NCBI GenBank assembly: GCA_028534125.1
Contig: CM052818.1
Coordinates: forward strand, 29,142,001-29,206,000
DNA from: Lama glama
Taxonomy: Eukaryota
Direction: 5' to 3'
DNA length: 64,000 nt
The notes beneath the pieces were generated by a model. The model had not been told where the DNA came from. It saw only the letters and a program-made list of their open reading frames with translations, and did not search any database. This document shows, piece after piece, positions 12,833-25,400 of this stretch (its first letter is position 1; every line of letters starts with the position of its first letter). Position numbers and translations under genes: made by a program.

Positions 12833-15063
12833 CAGGCATATCTCATTCTGTTGTGCTTCACTTTATGGCACTTTGCAGATACTGCCTTTTCTACAAATTG
12901 AAGATTTGTGGCAATCCTGCCTTGAAGAAGTCTATTGGCACCATTTTTTCCAAGACCTTTTGCTCACTTCGTGTCTCTGTGTCACATTTTAGTAATTCTT
13001 GCAATATTTTAAACTGTTTCATTATTATTATATTTGTTATGGTCATCTGTGATTAGTGGTCTTTAATGTTACTATTTTAACTGTTTGGGGATGCCACAAA
13101 CTGCATTCACATAAGATGACAAATTTTGTGAGTAAATGTGTGTGTTCTGACTGCCCCACTGACCACCCATTCCTTGTCTCTCTCCCTCTCCTTTGGCCTC
13201 CCTAGTCCCTGAGATGCAGCAATATGAAATTAGGCCAGTTAATAACTCTACAGTGGCTTCTAAGTGTTCAAGCGAAAGGAGGAGTTGGACACCACAAAGG
13301 AAAAGTTCTTAAAGGAAATTAAAAGTACTACTCTAGTGAACACATGAATGATAAGAAAGTGAAACAGTCTTGTTGCTGATAATGGAAAAAGTTTTAGTAA
13401 TCAAACCAGCCACATTTTCTGAAACCAAAGTCTAATCCCAGAGCAAGGCCCTTACTCTCTTCAATTCTTTGAGGAAGGTGCAGAAGAAAAGTCTGAAGCT
13501 AGCACAGGTTAGTTCATGAGGTTTGAGAAAAGAAGTCATTTCCATGAGATAAAAGTGCAAGATGAAGTGCAGTAGAAGTAGCAGCAAGTTATCCAGAAGA
13601 TCTAGGTAAGATAATTCACAAAGGTAGCTACCATAACATTTTCAACGTAGAGGAAACAGCCTTCTATTGGAAGAAGGTGCCATGTAGGTCTTTTATAGCT
13701 AGAGAGAAGTCAAGGCCCGGCTTTAAAGTTTCAGAGGACAGGCTGACTCTCTTGTTAGTGGCTCATGTAGCTGGTGACTTTAAGATAAAGTCAGTGCTCA
13801 TTTACCATTTTGAAACTCCTAGGTCCCCTAAGTATTTTGGTAAATTTACTCTTCCTATGCTCTATCAATGGAATGACAAAGCCTGGATGACAGTACATCT
13901 ATTTACAACATGGTTTACTGAATATTTTAAGCCCACTGTTGAGACCTACTGCTCAAAAAAAAAAGATTTCTTTTAAAATATTACTGTTCATTGACAATGC
14001 ATCTGGTTATCCAGGAGCTCTGAAGGAAATTTACAACGAGATTCATGTTGTTTTTTCATACCTGCTAACACAGCCTCCATTCTGCAGCCCATGGATCAAG
14101 GAGTAATTTGGACTCTCAGGTCTTTTTATTTTAAAAATACATTTGTAAGGCTATGGCTGCCTTAGTGAGTCCTCTCATGGCTCTGGGCAGGGTACATTTA
14201 AAATCTTCTGGAAAAAATTCACCACTCTAGATGCTATGAAGAACATTTGTGATTCATGGGAAGAGGTCAAAATATCAACATGAACAGGAGTTTGGAAGAA
14301 GTTGATTTGAACTCTCATGAACGATTTTGAAGGGTTTAAGGCTTCAGTGGAGGAAGTAATTGCAGATGTAGTGGAAATAGCAAGAGAAGTAGAAGTGAAA
14401 AATTAGATGTTATTGATTTGTTACAAGCCCATGATAAAACTGTAATAGATGAGAAGTTGCTTCTTACGGATGAGCAAAGAAAGTAGTTTCTTGGGATGCA
14501 ATCTACTCCTGGTAAAGATGCTGTGAAAGTTGTCAAAATGACAACAAAAGATTTAGAATATTACATAAACTTAGTTGATAAAACAGTAGCAGGGTTTGAG
14601 AGGGTTGACTCCAGTTTTTGAAAGAAGTTCTACTGCGGTTAAAATGCTATCAAACAGCATTGCATGCTACACAGAGAAATCATTCATGAAAGGAAGATTT
14701 AATCCATGCTGCAAACTTTGTTAGTCTTATTTTAAGAAATTGCCACAGGCACCCTAACCTTCAGCAACCACCACCCTGATCAGTCAGCAGCCAGCAAAAA
14801 CAAGGCAAGACCCTCCAGTAGCAAAAAGACTCACTGAATGCTCAGATGATGGTTAGCATTTTTTAGCAATAAAGTATTTTTAATTAAGGTATGTACTTTT
14901 TTATGCATAATGCTATCACACACTTTAATAGACTACACTATAGTGTAAACATAATTTTTATATATACTGGGAAACCAAAAATTCTTGTGACTCTCTTTAT
15001 TGTAATGTTCAGTTTATTGCTGTGGTCTGAAACCAAACCTGCGACACCTCCAAGGTACACCTC
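12833..15063 (+). mobile_element. Tigger1 (TcMar-Tigger) DNA transposon, near full length, transposase decayed
   Basis: TA|caggcatatctc...aaggtacacctc|TA termini; ORF 13677..13976 carries pogo-type transposase remnants ([38 protein letters not shown]). Confidence 0.9.
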
Positions 15064-15118
15064 TAAGAGTATTTGAGATCCTACAAGATTAGTTTTACAT
15101 GCTAAAACTCATATTTTA

Positions 15119-15194
15119 GGGGAAGTACTGTTTTCACTGTGCAAACTATAAAGGTAGGGGGGAAGTACTGTTTTCACTGTGCAAACTATAAAGG
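15119..15194. repeat. Exact 36-bp tandem duplication, period 40
   Basis: ggggaagtactgttttcactgtgcaaactataaagg at 15119-15154 and 15159-15194. Confidence 0.95.
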
Positions 15195-15968
15195 ACTTTA
15201 TTTAGTAGCATATAGAAACTTTAATTTCATGAGCAACATAAGAAAATCTATTTTGTCTTTCTTATTTTCTCCTTGTTAGAGAGTCATTCTAAAAGCAAAT
15301 TCATTAAAACTGGAAAATGCTGCCATTTTTTTCAGACTCTTCTAATTGAGGGGGAAAAGTATTTATTTTAGGTGCTTGTTAAGTCAACTTTTAGAAACCA
15401 ATATTCAAGTTCATACCTACTTATTTGCCATTATAAAAATTACTCTTCTATGGGTTCTATGGATTTTATAGATAACTTTCTTAAGACTCTCAGCTATATA
15501 AAATTTTAATTACTACATAATTCAAAGCTTCGCCTATAATAATCTTTAAGGTTATGACATAAAAAGATGTTCCTCTGAAAACTGAAATCAATTTTCATTT
15601 CAATTTTCCCCTCTATATTTTTTTCACAAGTATAAAATATGATTTTTTTTCTTTACTCTTTTCAAGACTATCTGGAAAGTCTGGTCTTTAAGATCATTCA
15701 TGATTTCTAGTTGAACACCTTCTATACAGAAAAATCATAACTGATGGAATTTAGACAACTCTAAGTGTTAGAAAACTCTTTCTTATACTGATCCAAGGCA
15801 AAAACCAGGGCTCCCTAGCTCCTATATCAGTGTTCTTTTCATTCTATTAAATTCAGCTTGAGTGAAACCTTTGGATATCCAGGCTACAATACAAATATAA
15901 ACAATTTCAAAACAAATTGCAAAAGATTCCTAGTAGATCCTATACAAATGATAACAATATTGACATTT

Positions 15969-17302
15969 ATTTATTTATTTATTATTGAAGTGTAGTCAGT
16001 TTACAATGTTGTGTCAATTTCTGGTGTACAGCATGTTTCAATCATACAGATACATACATACATCGTTTTCATATTTTTTCATTATAGGTTATTACAAGAT
16101 ATTTAATGTAGTTCCCTGTGCTATACAGAAACATGTTGCTTATCTACTTTATATGTTAGAATTTGCAAATCTTGAACTCCCAATTTATCCCTTTCCACCC
16201 CCTTTCATTCCCTGGTAACCATAAGTGTATTTTCTATGTCTGTGAGTCTGTTTCTGTTTTGTAAATAAGTTCATTTGTGTCTTTTTTATTTAGATTCCAC
16301 ATATGAGTGATATCATATAGTATTTTTCTTTCTATTTCTGGCTTACTTCACTTAGAATGAAAATCTCCAGGTCCATCCATATTGCTGCAGTGGCATTATT
16401 TTATTCTTTTTGATGGCTGAGTAGTAGTCCATTATGTAAATATACCACGGCCTCTTAATCCAGCCATCTGTCTATGGACATTTAGGTTGCTGCATAATGG
16501 CTGCACCAAACTACATTCCCACCAACAGTGTAGGAGGGTTCCCTTTTCTCCATACCCTCGCCAGCATTTATTATTTCTGGACTTTTATATGATGGCCATT
16601 ATGGCTGGTGTGAGGTGATACCTCATTGTAGTTTTGATTTGAATTCTCTGATAATTAGCAATATTGAGCATTTTTTTCATGTGCCTATTGGCTATTAGTA
16701 TGTCTTCACTGGAGAATTGCTTATTTAGGTCTTCTGCCCATTTTTGCATTAGATTGTTTGTTTTTTTCTTCTTAAGTTGTATCAGCTGTTTATATATTCT
16801 GGAAATTAAGCCCTTGTCAGTCTCATCATTTGCAAATATTTCCTCCCATTCTGTAGGTTGTCTTTTTGTTTTGCTTATGGTTTCCTTTGCTGTGCAAAAG
16901 ATTATGTTTAAGTCATTCCCATTCATTTATTTTTGCTTTTATTACCTGGGTAGACTGCCCTAGGAGAACATTGCTAAGATTTATGTCAGAAACCGTTTTG
17001 CCTATGTTTTCTTCTAGGAGGTTTATTCTTGTCTTATGTTTAATTCTTTAAGCCATTTTGAGTTTATTTTTGTGTATGGTGTGAGGGAGTAGTCTAACTT
17101 CATTGATTTACATCTGGCTGTCCAGTATTCTGAACACTACTTGCTGAAGAGAGTGTTTTCCCCATTGTATAGTCTTGCCTCCTTTGTAAAAGATTAATTG
17201 ACCATTGGCGTGTGGGTTTATTTTGGGGCTCTATTCTGTTCCATTGGTCCATATATCTGTTTTTGTGCCAATACCACACTTTTGATTACTGTAGCTCTGC
17301 AG
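15969..17302 (-). mobile_element. 5'-truncated L1 (ORF2 3' end plus 3' UTR)
   Basis: ORF 16585..16926 encodes an ORF2-like peptide ([24 protein letters not shown]...MRYHLTP); T-rich tail at left; degenerate TSD caatattgacattt / caatatttactttt. Confidence 0.88.
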
Positions 17303-17359
17303 CAATATTTACTTTTAAAAGCATTGTTTTTATTGCAGCAGAATCCATTATAGAACTTC

Positions 17360-17416
17360 TTTTGATGGAGTTATTGGGAATTGAACCCAGGACCTTGTAC
17401 ATGCTAAGCACAACAC
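17360..17416 (-). mobile_element. Truncated tRNA-derived SINE (Vic-1-like)
   Basis: gggaattgaacccaggaccttgtacatgctaagca (B-box on minus strand); flanked by tatagaa direct repeats. Confidence 0.7.
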
Positions 17417-18589
17417 TATAGAATTATTTAAAATAATAACTTAAAAACCTTTGTGTTGGCTACCTCCATTTAATCTAATGATTTGCATTGGATAGAGACA
17501 ATAAATTTAGGGGAGTCATCACTTGTTCATACACTAATAATATGGGTTATAACTTACATTGAAAAGTGAGTAAAATATGAAACTTTTTTCCCCAAATTGG
17601 TTTTGCATTATGAATTATTCTTTGGCACCTTCAAAAACCCTATGAGAATAATTATTCCATTTTTATTGTAAGGTTATTATGTATAATATATACAAGTGTA
17701 AACAAATTCAGCTAGCTAGATCCTCCTATCTTCTCACATCCTATTTACAAATCCTTATTTGAATAGTCAAATAAAAAGAAATATGGATTTAAAGATATCT
17801 CATTCTCAAAATCCAGGTCCTTATTGGTCTTACCATTTCTGACAGACCATTAAGCCAACCAGCTTCAGGGTCCTCAACTGCAAAATGGGAGTAATACTTA
17901 CACAGCCTTATGATTGCATAAAATAATACAGATCAAGGAAGTAATACCATACCAAGCACACACAAGGTATATAATAAATGTTAATACCTTCTCCAGATAG
18001 TGTAAAATAAGGAACTTTAAAAGGTACTATTAAAGATAGGTAGCATTAATCCATTAGATGTGAAAACTCTTGAGAACTTTAAAATAAAATCTACAGGTAC
18101 CAATATGAACTATTTAATTAAATGCTTGCACAATTCAACATTATGCCAATTTAGTTAAATATAATTTTCTAAACATGCCATCACTTTGAAAACAATTTTT
18201 CTCTTTTCAACAGTTTCTAAGCACAGATCCAACAAGCTACTGCCAAGAACCCACAACCCAAAGAGAACCAAATGTCACACCCAGCCAATTAAGGCCAAAG
18301 CAATAACAGTACAACAAAAAAGTTTATTTGCTCTTTAAACTGCATAGATTTAAATATACTCTATTTGATGTTGCTATGGAGTGAAAACCTCCTCTTACCC
18401 CTCCAACTTAAAATAAGATGCTTAGTGTCTTGGAAGGGCTTAAAAAGTCAGGTAAAGAATGCAGAGGAGGGAATGAAACAACTTTCTGAAGACATCCCTG
18501 TCAAGGGAAAGTTGACTCCTCCCTAACCCTGAAATACAGCCACTGAAATCACAGGGAAATCCAAAGGCATGTTATCTGCCATTCTCGGC

Positions 18590-19470
18590 ACTTGGCCGAT
18601 CTACGTCTGTCCTAAGGAATTAGATCCGAGGTAGGAATTTTCCCTTTCTCCATGACCCATAGCAAAGGTTAAAACGCACCGGCAGCCTGCAGACACCCAC
18701 TCGGCTGACTGCCTGGGATCCAGAGACTCCGTTTGACAGCCAATAGCCACCCCAAGTCTTGAGGCACTCCCTCCCCAAGCTCCTCCCCCGCCCGCCTCGC
18801 CCCAGGATTCGCACATGCGTACATCCAATTAGGAGAAGTTAGAGCTTTCTCAGCCTCGCCTGGTCCCCACGCCCAGCTGCCACGCAGCCAGTCCTCCTGC
18901 CCTTCTTGGGGCCGCCGGCTTCACTATTCAATAATACGCATGTGCAAACGGTGTCGCTCGCTATCCTTTAGGCCGGCCGGGGCGGGGCGGCAGGCGGGAC
19001 CAAGGGTCTTGCGCACGCTCGGAACATGCGCAGTGCAGGGGCTGAGGCGCCAGCTGTCGATTTGGAAGTTCCGGGGAGGCGGCGCATGCGTGAGTGTACG
19101 CGTTGCCGGCGAAGAGGGGAGCCTGACGACTCGGAAATTTGAATACCACAGTAGCATGGAGTGTGACCTCATGGAGACTGACATCTTGGAGTCGTTGGAA
19201 GATCTAGGGTAAGACCGCCAGGGCACGGGTCTCCTAAATCCCACACTGCTGGCCCCTCGGGAACTCCTCCTTCGCCTCAGTGGGAGACACCTGCCTCTCC
19301 ACGCCGCACCCCGTGGCTCCTGGCTGTCGCCTCCCTGTGGCTCTGGGACCCCAATGCCACGTCCACTGCCTGCCCTGCCGGGTCGGGCCCCTCCACCTGC
19401 GAGGCCCCTAGGCCTGCCCTGTGCTCCCTACAGCCGAGTTACTCGCAGCGTTTGTCAGTCATGCGTGTCA
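18590..19470 (+). promoter_or_regulatory. FAM98A CpG-island promoter
   Basis: High GC and CpG content around exon 1; GC box ggggcgggg (~18979), CCAAT (~18741, ~18825), NRF1-like gcgcatgcgt (19082-19091), ETS-like ggaagt (~19063). Confidence 0.85.
19156..19208 (+). CDS. FAM98A: FAM98A coding exon 1 (MECDLMETDILESLEDLG)
   Basis: ATG in strong context (agcATGG); donor GG|gtaaga at 19209. Confidence 0.95.
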
Positions 19471-22400
19471 TTGTCTGGGCTCTGGTTCTCGCCACCCCCC
19501 CTCCCCGAGCTTCTCTCCTTGCTCCCATCCTTCTGCCCTACCCTCTCACTCTGGAGGTTGCCAGAGTTGATTCTCTGTTTTCCCACTTGCCATCCAAACT
19601 TCCTGCTCCTGTGTTGAGCCCCTACTCCTACCCCACCCCACTTCTCTGAAAAAATCTTTGCCCAGTCATGTCTGCATGCATCCAGGCTTCCCTAAGCCAC
19701 ATGTCTGTGCGCTGCATCTATTCCGCCAGCCAGCTCACTGGTGCACCTAACCTGTCACCCTCTTCATGGGAACCTTGGAAGTTTCCCTTGACTCTAACAC
19801 TGTTCTTCATTGAACCACTATTAGCCCCTTACCTTTAGGGACATCTTAACCCACCAAGTCCCTGCTTATTTGTTGTGCAGTTTGTCTCTCTTCCTGATAG
19901 TTACCCAGCCATTCATCAGTATCTACAAGCTGGAAGTAGGACTTCTTACCTCACTGGGTCACCCAGATCAGTGTACTCTATTAAAACTTGAGAACTTAGA
20001 ATTTCTTGGGCTAAATGTGGTTCCAGAAACGAATTGTATAATTAAATATTTGCCTACAGGCTTAAAAAAATACAGATTTAGGTAACTTTATACAGTAACA
20101 AGTCCCCTATCAAAACCTTCCCATATGTTTTCCCGTAGCATGGACACCTTTAGGATAAACCTTTCTTTTTTAGGAGAAAGGACACTGTGAGGGTTCCCAA
20201 AAGTCTTACATTTAAGTAACTTGTCCTGGTAGAATTTTTTAGGAAAGGAAGTGGTAGTTTATATATATATATATGTATGTATTTTTTTTTGGTCAACGTT
20301 AATTATTATTGTTCTTTTCTTTGGAACTTGCTCTGAATTTTCATGAATATCCCAGACTTTAGTTGGCTTATTTCTTTGATTAGAGCCTAAATAAAAGTCA
20401 CATTTCAGCAAGATGGTGTCTATTTGGTGGACCTCGTAGACTAAATTGCTAAATTTCACCCATGAAACCATTCATTCAGTAAACATTTTTGAGGAACGCT
20501 TGACCTGTTGACAGTGTTGGTCTGAGCCCTTAAGGGTACGGATTGAAGTGGAAGAGAAGTTCACACTGAGAATATGCTGTGAGAGGAACTGAGGAGGACC
20601 AGGGAAAGGAAAAGAAGGGGGGGGGGGACTGGGAAAGCAAACAACTTCTAAGCTTCTTCGAAGTGACACTTGGAAGATTAGTGTTGAAGGAGATGTAGGA
20701 TGAGAGGATGGAGGTAAACCTTATTTAAATGTAGTCACTCTGCATGGGTAGAGATTTAACCTTAACAACTGGTGATGGATGCCATTTCTTCCCGTTATTC
20801 TTTTACCCTCTTTTTGCTGTGTTTTTCTTCCTTTGGTACTATAAAATTCATTGTTACCATAATAACTCTAATTAAATAAATAATTGAGATGTGTTGTAAT
20901 GTCAACCAACAGATTTTCTGAAAACTTTAAAGTTTAACTAGTAACTGCTTAGTTTGGTGGCATTCAATAACTCAAGTTTAGCCTTAATTGATTGACATGT
21001 ACATTTCAAGGATTTACTGAGAAATAAAAATAAATGACCTTTGTTTATCTCTAACCTGACACATAGGAATTCAGTAAATACTTGTAGAATAAAATAATAT
21101 GGTTTAAATGTGTAACACAAGAAGAAATTTCTAAGCCTAGTTTGTTTATTCCAGTGTCTAATAATATGTGGTTTTGAATCCAGATGCCAGGCTATATATA
21201 ATCTCATTTTTTGTATAAGATTTTTCCATCCCATTCAATATATAAACATATAATTGTGTTTTTAAAAGATTAGTAAGTGTTTTTTAATCTGTTTCATTAT
21301 AAGAAGATAAAATAACCTTCTGAAGAATATTTATTTTAAAAGTACTTTGAGAATGATAAAATTTTTAATTCTAGCTGTATTCTAGATTGAAGTTTGTTAT
21401 TACGATTGTCTTTTATGAACGTTTAATAATTTTTTTTAATTACACTTGAATCACAAAGGATTGGCATTGAGTTGTACCAGTTCACCCAAACATCAACCTG
21501 CCAGCAATTATTAAATTAATTTTGACGTTTCTCTGGTACTAGTATGTCTTACTAATCTTTACTGTCATTAAATACAGAAAAAGAAAATAAATAAATAATT
21601 GTAAAGTTTTTGCTTTTAAAGAAAGTCATTAAAAACCTAATCTAATTGATTTTTGGAAAAAAATTCTGGAAAAGATAGCCTGAGTTTTATTTCTGAAGTA
21701 GTAAACTATAATTGCTGTCACTTTTATAAGTCTAGTTTTACCATTCAATTCAGTTAAAGTAAGGAAGTAAGCCTTTGTACAATGAAAGCTCTCAGTAAAT
21801 GTACAGAGTTTGACATAATTTAATAGTATATATGATTCTATTTAATAGTATATATGATTCTATTCAATATTCACATTTATTTTGAAGGGATTAGCTTATT
21901 TTCCTTTTTTGGGGGGATTAGCTTATTTTTTAATGGTTTAGTATAGTTCTAAATTTTATTTATATTTGCAGGTTTAGAGATTGGCCATTGTAACTTATCT
22001 TTGTTAAACTATTGCTTAATTATACAAATAATACATAAATATATTGTATCTGTAGTATATTAGATGTGATTTTATATTTTTCTGAAGTGTGATTTCTTAC
22101 TCACCAGTTACAAGGGTCCATTGTTAGAAGATGGCGCTCTGTCTCAGGCAGTCTCTGCTGGAGCCAATTCCCCTGAGTTTACCAAACTCTGTGCTTGGTT
22201 GGTGTCTGAATTAAGAGTGCTCTGTAAACTAGAGGAAAATGTGCAAGCAACTAACAGTAAGTAAACATTCAGTTTTAGGTGCAAAATATAAAAATAAAGT
22301 TTGTATTGTCAAGTGAACATTATCAGTACTACAGCTGAAATTTCAAGTTCTTCGTAAATGTAAAACAAAAAATTTGTAAAGAAACCAAATTCTTTTTTGC

Positions 22401-25400
22401 CTTCCCTTCTTTTTAGAGATAAGTTGATTCCGAAGTTGAAAAGCCAGAATATAGTTGTACAACTATGAAAAAGTGGTGGATGTTAGAAAGACCCTATTAC
22501 TGAGATACAAAAAAAATGGAGGAGACAAATATATCTGAACTTTCCATTCTTTGTAAAAATTGTGAGATCTGAAATTCATGGCTAGAACTAGAAATTGGGA
22601 TACTTTTCTCCTAGGACTACAAAATTCCAGAAGTGTATATAGCATTAAACTAAATGCATTATAATTCTGTTATGCGTGGGGAGAAAGAATACTTTATTAA
22701 GAAGCTTTCTGTGTTATAAGAATATATAACTAGATACATCACAACCAGATCCAGCACCATCAGATTTATGGTGTTGAGAGCTGTGTTATATTTGCCTTTT
22801 TTTTTTAAATCTGCTTTAGCACTAGTTTTGATGCTGCAAAAGATACTAAACTCCGGAACCTGACACTCCACCACCTGGGTCCCTCCTATCATAGGTAAAC
22901 CCATAATAGAAGACAAAGAAAAATTTCTACCTGCTAACCCACCTTTATTAAGGAGAGCATAGTGTAACAGTAATAACAGCAGTGTACTCTTACTGAACAC
23001 TAGCCATGTTCTAAGAACTTTACCTGTGTTAACCTCAGGGCAACCCTAGGAGGTAGCTTTTATTACTAATATACATTAAACAAGGAAAGGTTAAGTATTT
23101 TGCCTGAGGTCACAATCAGTAAGTGATACAGCCCTGATTCAATCTCCAACAGTCAAGTATGGGAGCCAGTGCTCTTCACACTGCCTCTTGACCTAACATT
23201 TCAGAGATTGTAGGTGCCTTTGGAAACACCTATACTAGATGGTAACTGTTTATTATCTGGAGCCCCTTTGTTTGAATGGTAACATCTTATAGAAGTCAAT
23301 ATAAAACAGGTGAAAATGTGGTTCTAGTTGAAGTTGAGAAGGAGTACTTTGAGCACCACAAGTCTCTCCTCCCCAGCTGCCTCTAATGGAGTTCTTTGAC
23401 ACCCTGGAATTCACAGACACAGCTTGCAAAACGTTGGTAATACAAGTCTTCCCATTTTATAAATGAGAAAATGAACTCAAGTCGAGTGACTCTCTCAAGT
23501 TTGCTAATTAAATCTTACCCCTCTGTTACATTGGATAGAGAACCATCAAAATAGTAAGGAAGAAAGAGCATTGCTTTTCCTTGGTTCACCAAAGGAACTC
23601 TGTACGTGACATGTTATAGGAATCAGAACTACAAATCATGTTTGTGATCTTCAAATGTCATCCAACAGAGTTTTAGGCACAAATGAGACAACTGGGGATT
23701 AGTACAGTAATTAAACTTCTCTTTGTGGTTTTGTGGTTCACAGGGGAAGGAAATCAGTGAGGGCAGCAGGACTTGGGGAAGATTTCATCAAGGAGCAGGA
23801 CCACTGGGCTTTGGTGGATAGGTAGGGTTTGATAGATGGGGAGAGAGTAGAGGGCATATGAATCACAGGGAGTAACTTAAGTGAAGGCACGGAAGTAGAA
23901 ATGAGACTGAGCATTTCTGGGACAGTGTGAGGAGACCAACCTGGCACAAGTAGAGGGAATATTTGTGGAGATTGAAGGGAATTACTACAAACATGTAGTA
24001 GGAACTACTACCTAACACTGTATTGTGAAGGACAAAGCAGAGAGGCTGTGAAGAATCTTTAAAGACAGACATAAAAAAGTTAGATTACATGAGGCAGAAA
24101 TTAGGAAGTCATTAAAGATTCTCAAATAAGGCAACAACCTAATGAAAACTATTGAAAGAAAATTGGCAGTGGTGTGAGAAAGGATGAATTAGGAGGAAGG
24201 AACTTGTGTTAGGAAAAATCCTATGAAAATTTTCAATTTATATATAAGTATTTTGCTAATGGGGAAAACAGTAATTTTTATATTAAATAAAATTATTTTA
24301 ATTCTTAAAAGGTCCAAGTGAAGCTGAAGAATTCCAGCTTGAGGTGAGTGGGCTACTGGGGGAGATGAACTGTCCATATCTTTCACTGACATCTGGGGAT
24401 GTGACCAAGCGCCTTCTGATTCAGAAGAACTGCCTCCTTTTGCTCAGTAAGTTCATGGCTACGAGAATGTAGCTACTCTCTTCTATTTATATTTTCCACG
24501 ACTAATAAAATGGGTTTTATTGTTTTGCTTCATTATGGGTTTATTAATTCAGAAGACAATTTAAAGAAAACTTTGTTAAATTTCTAACTTAGAAGCTAAT
24601 GGTAGGTTCATGCACTGGTAGCAGTGTTGTTTTGTAATTGCTACTCTTTTATCCATTTAAGTTCAGTGTAGTGCTCAGCCTGCTGTGTTTCACCTAACGT
24701 GACCAAAGGTAGTGCTGGAGGGTTGTCCGAGTGTGTGGTCATCAAACCTTAGCGTTCTAGACCAGAAGTACATTTTAAAATAAACTAGGAAGATAGTGTG
24801 GGAATAATGAAGGTTTTTTTAAAAAGTTAATTTATTTGAGGACAGTAATCATTCATTAGGCACAGTAAATGGTAAATGTAATTATTTAAAGTATTTTGTC
24901 TTGTTCCTGTTTCTTTGTGGCTGGGTAATTGGGGATTTTGGTTTTGTTATGTAAACATGTCAGATTACAATGTAGACATTTCTGGAATACTGTTTGGATT
25001 GTTCCTGTACTTAATGATCATTTGAAAAGTAAATTTTTATGAAAAGTTCTTTCCTTCCATTTTTTTTAATATACTAACTACTATTTCTCTCTTCAACCTG
25101 AAAAACAGTAAGTAGACTCAAAAGTTTTACTGCCTTAGATCAGCTCTCCAATAACCACCACCAGTAGTCTTAAACTCAGAATTGTTGTAGTATTCTGAGA
25201 TACATTTAGATTAAGTTTTGGTTAACTGAATATTATAGTTCTTATTATGACAAACACAATTCAGAGGATCTTTTAAATGTTTGTCTTTACAGCTGAACTC
25301 TGGCTTCTGAAAAATGATAGAACACCAATTTTGAAGGTTCAGTTAAAGAAGTTGTTCATAGCCATTATACTTAGGAATTAGGTTATTCTGAAATCACTTT

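Noticed and set aside
13677..13976. Functional transposase or TIGD-like gene
   Set aside because: Short remnant within a Tigger1 ORF broken by stops and frameshifts
18940..19155. In-frame 72-codon N-terminal extension of FAM98A
   Set aside because: The ATG lies upstream of the GC box and core-promoter motifs in weak context, so it is probably outside the transcript
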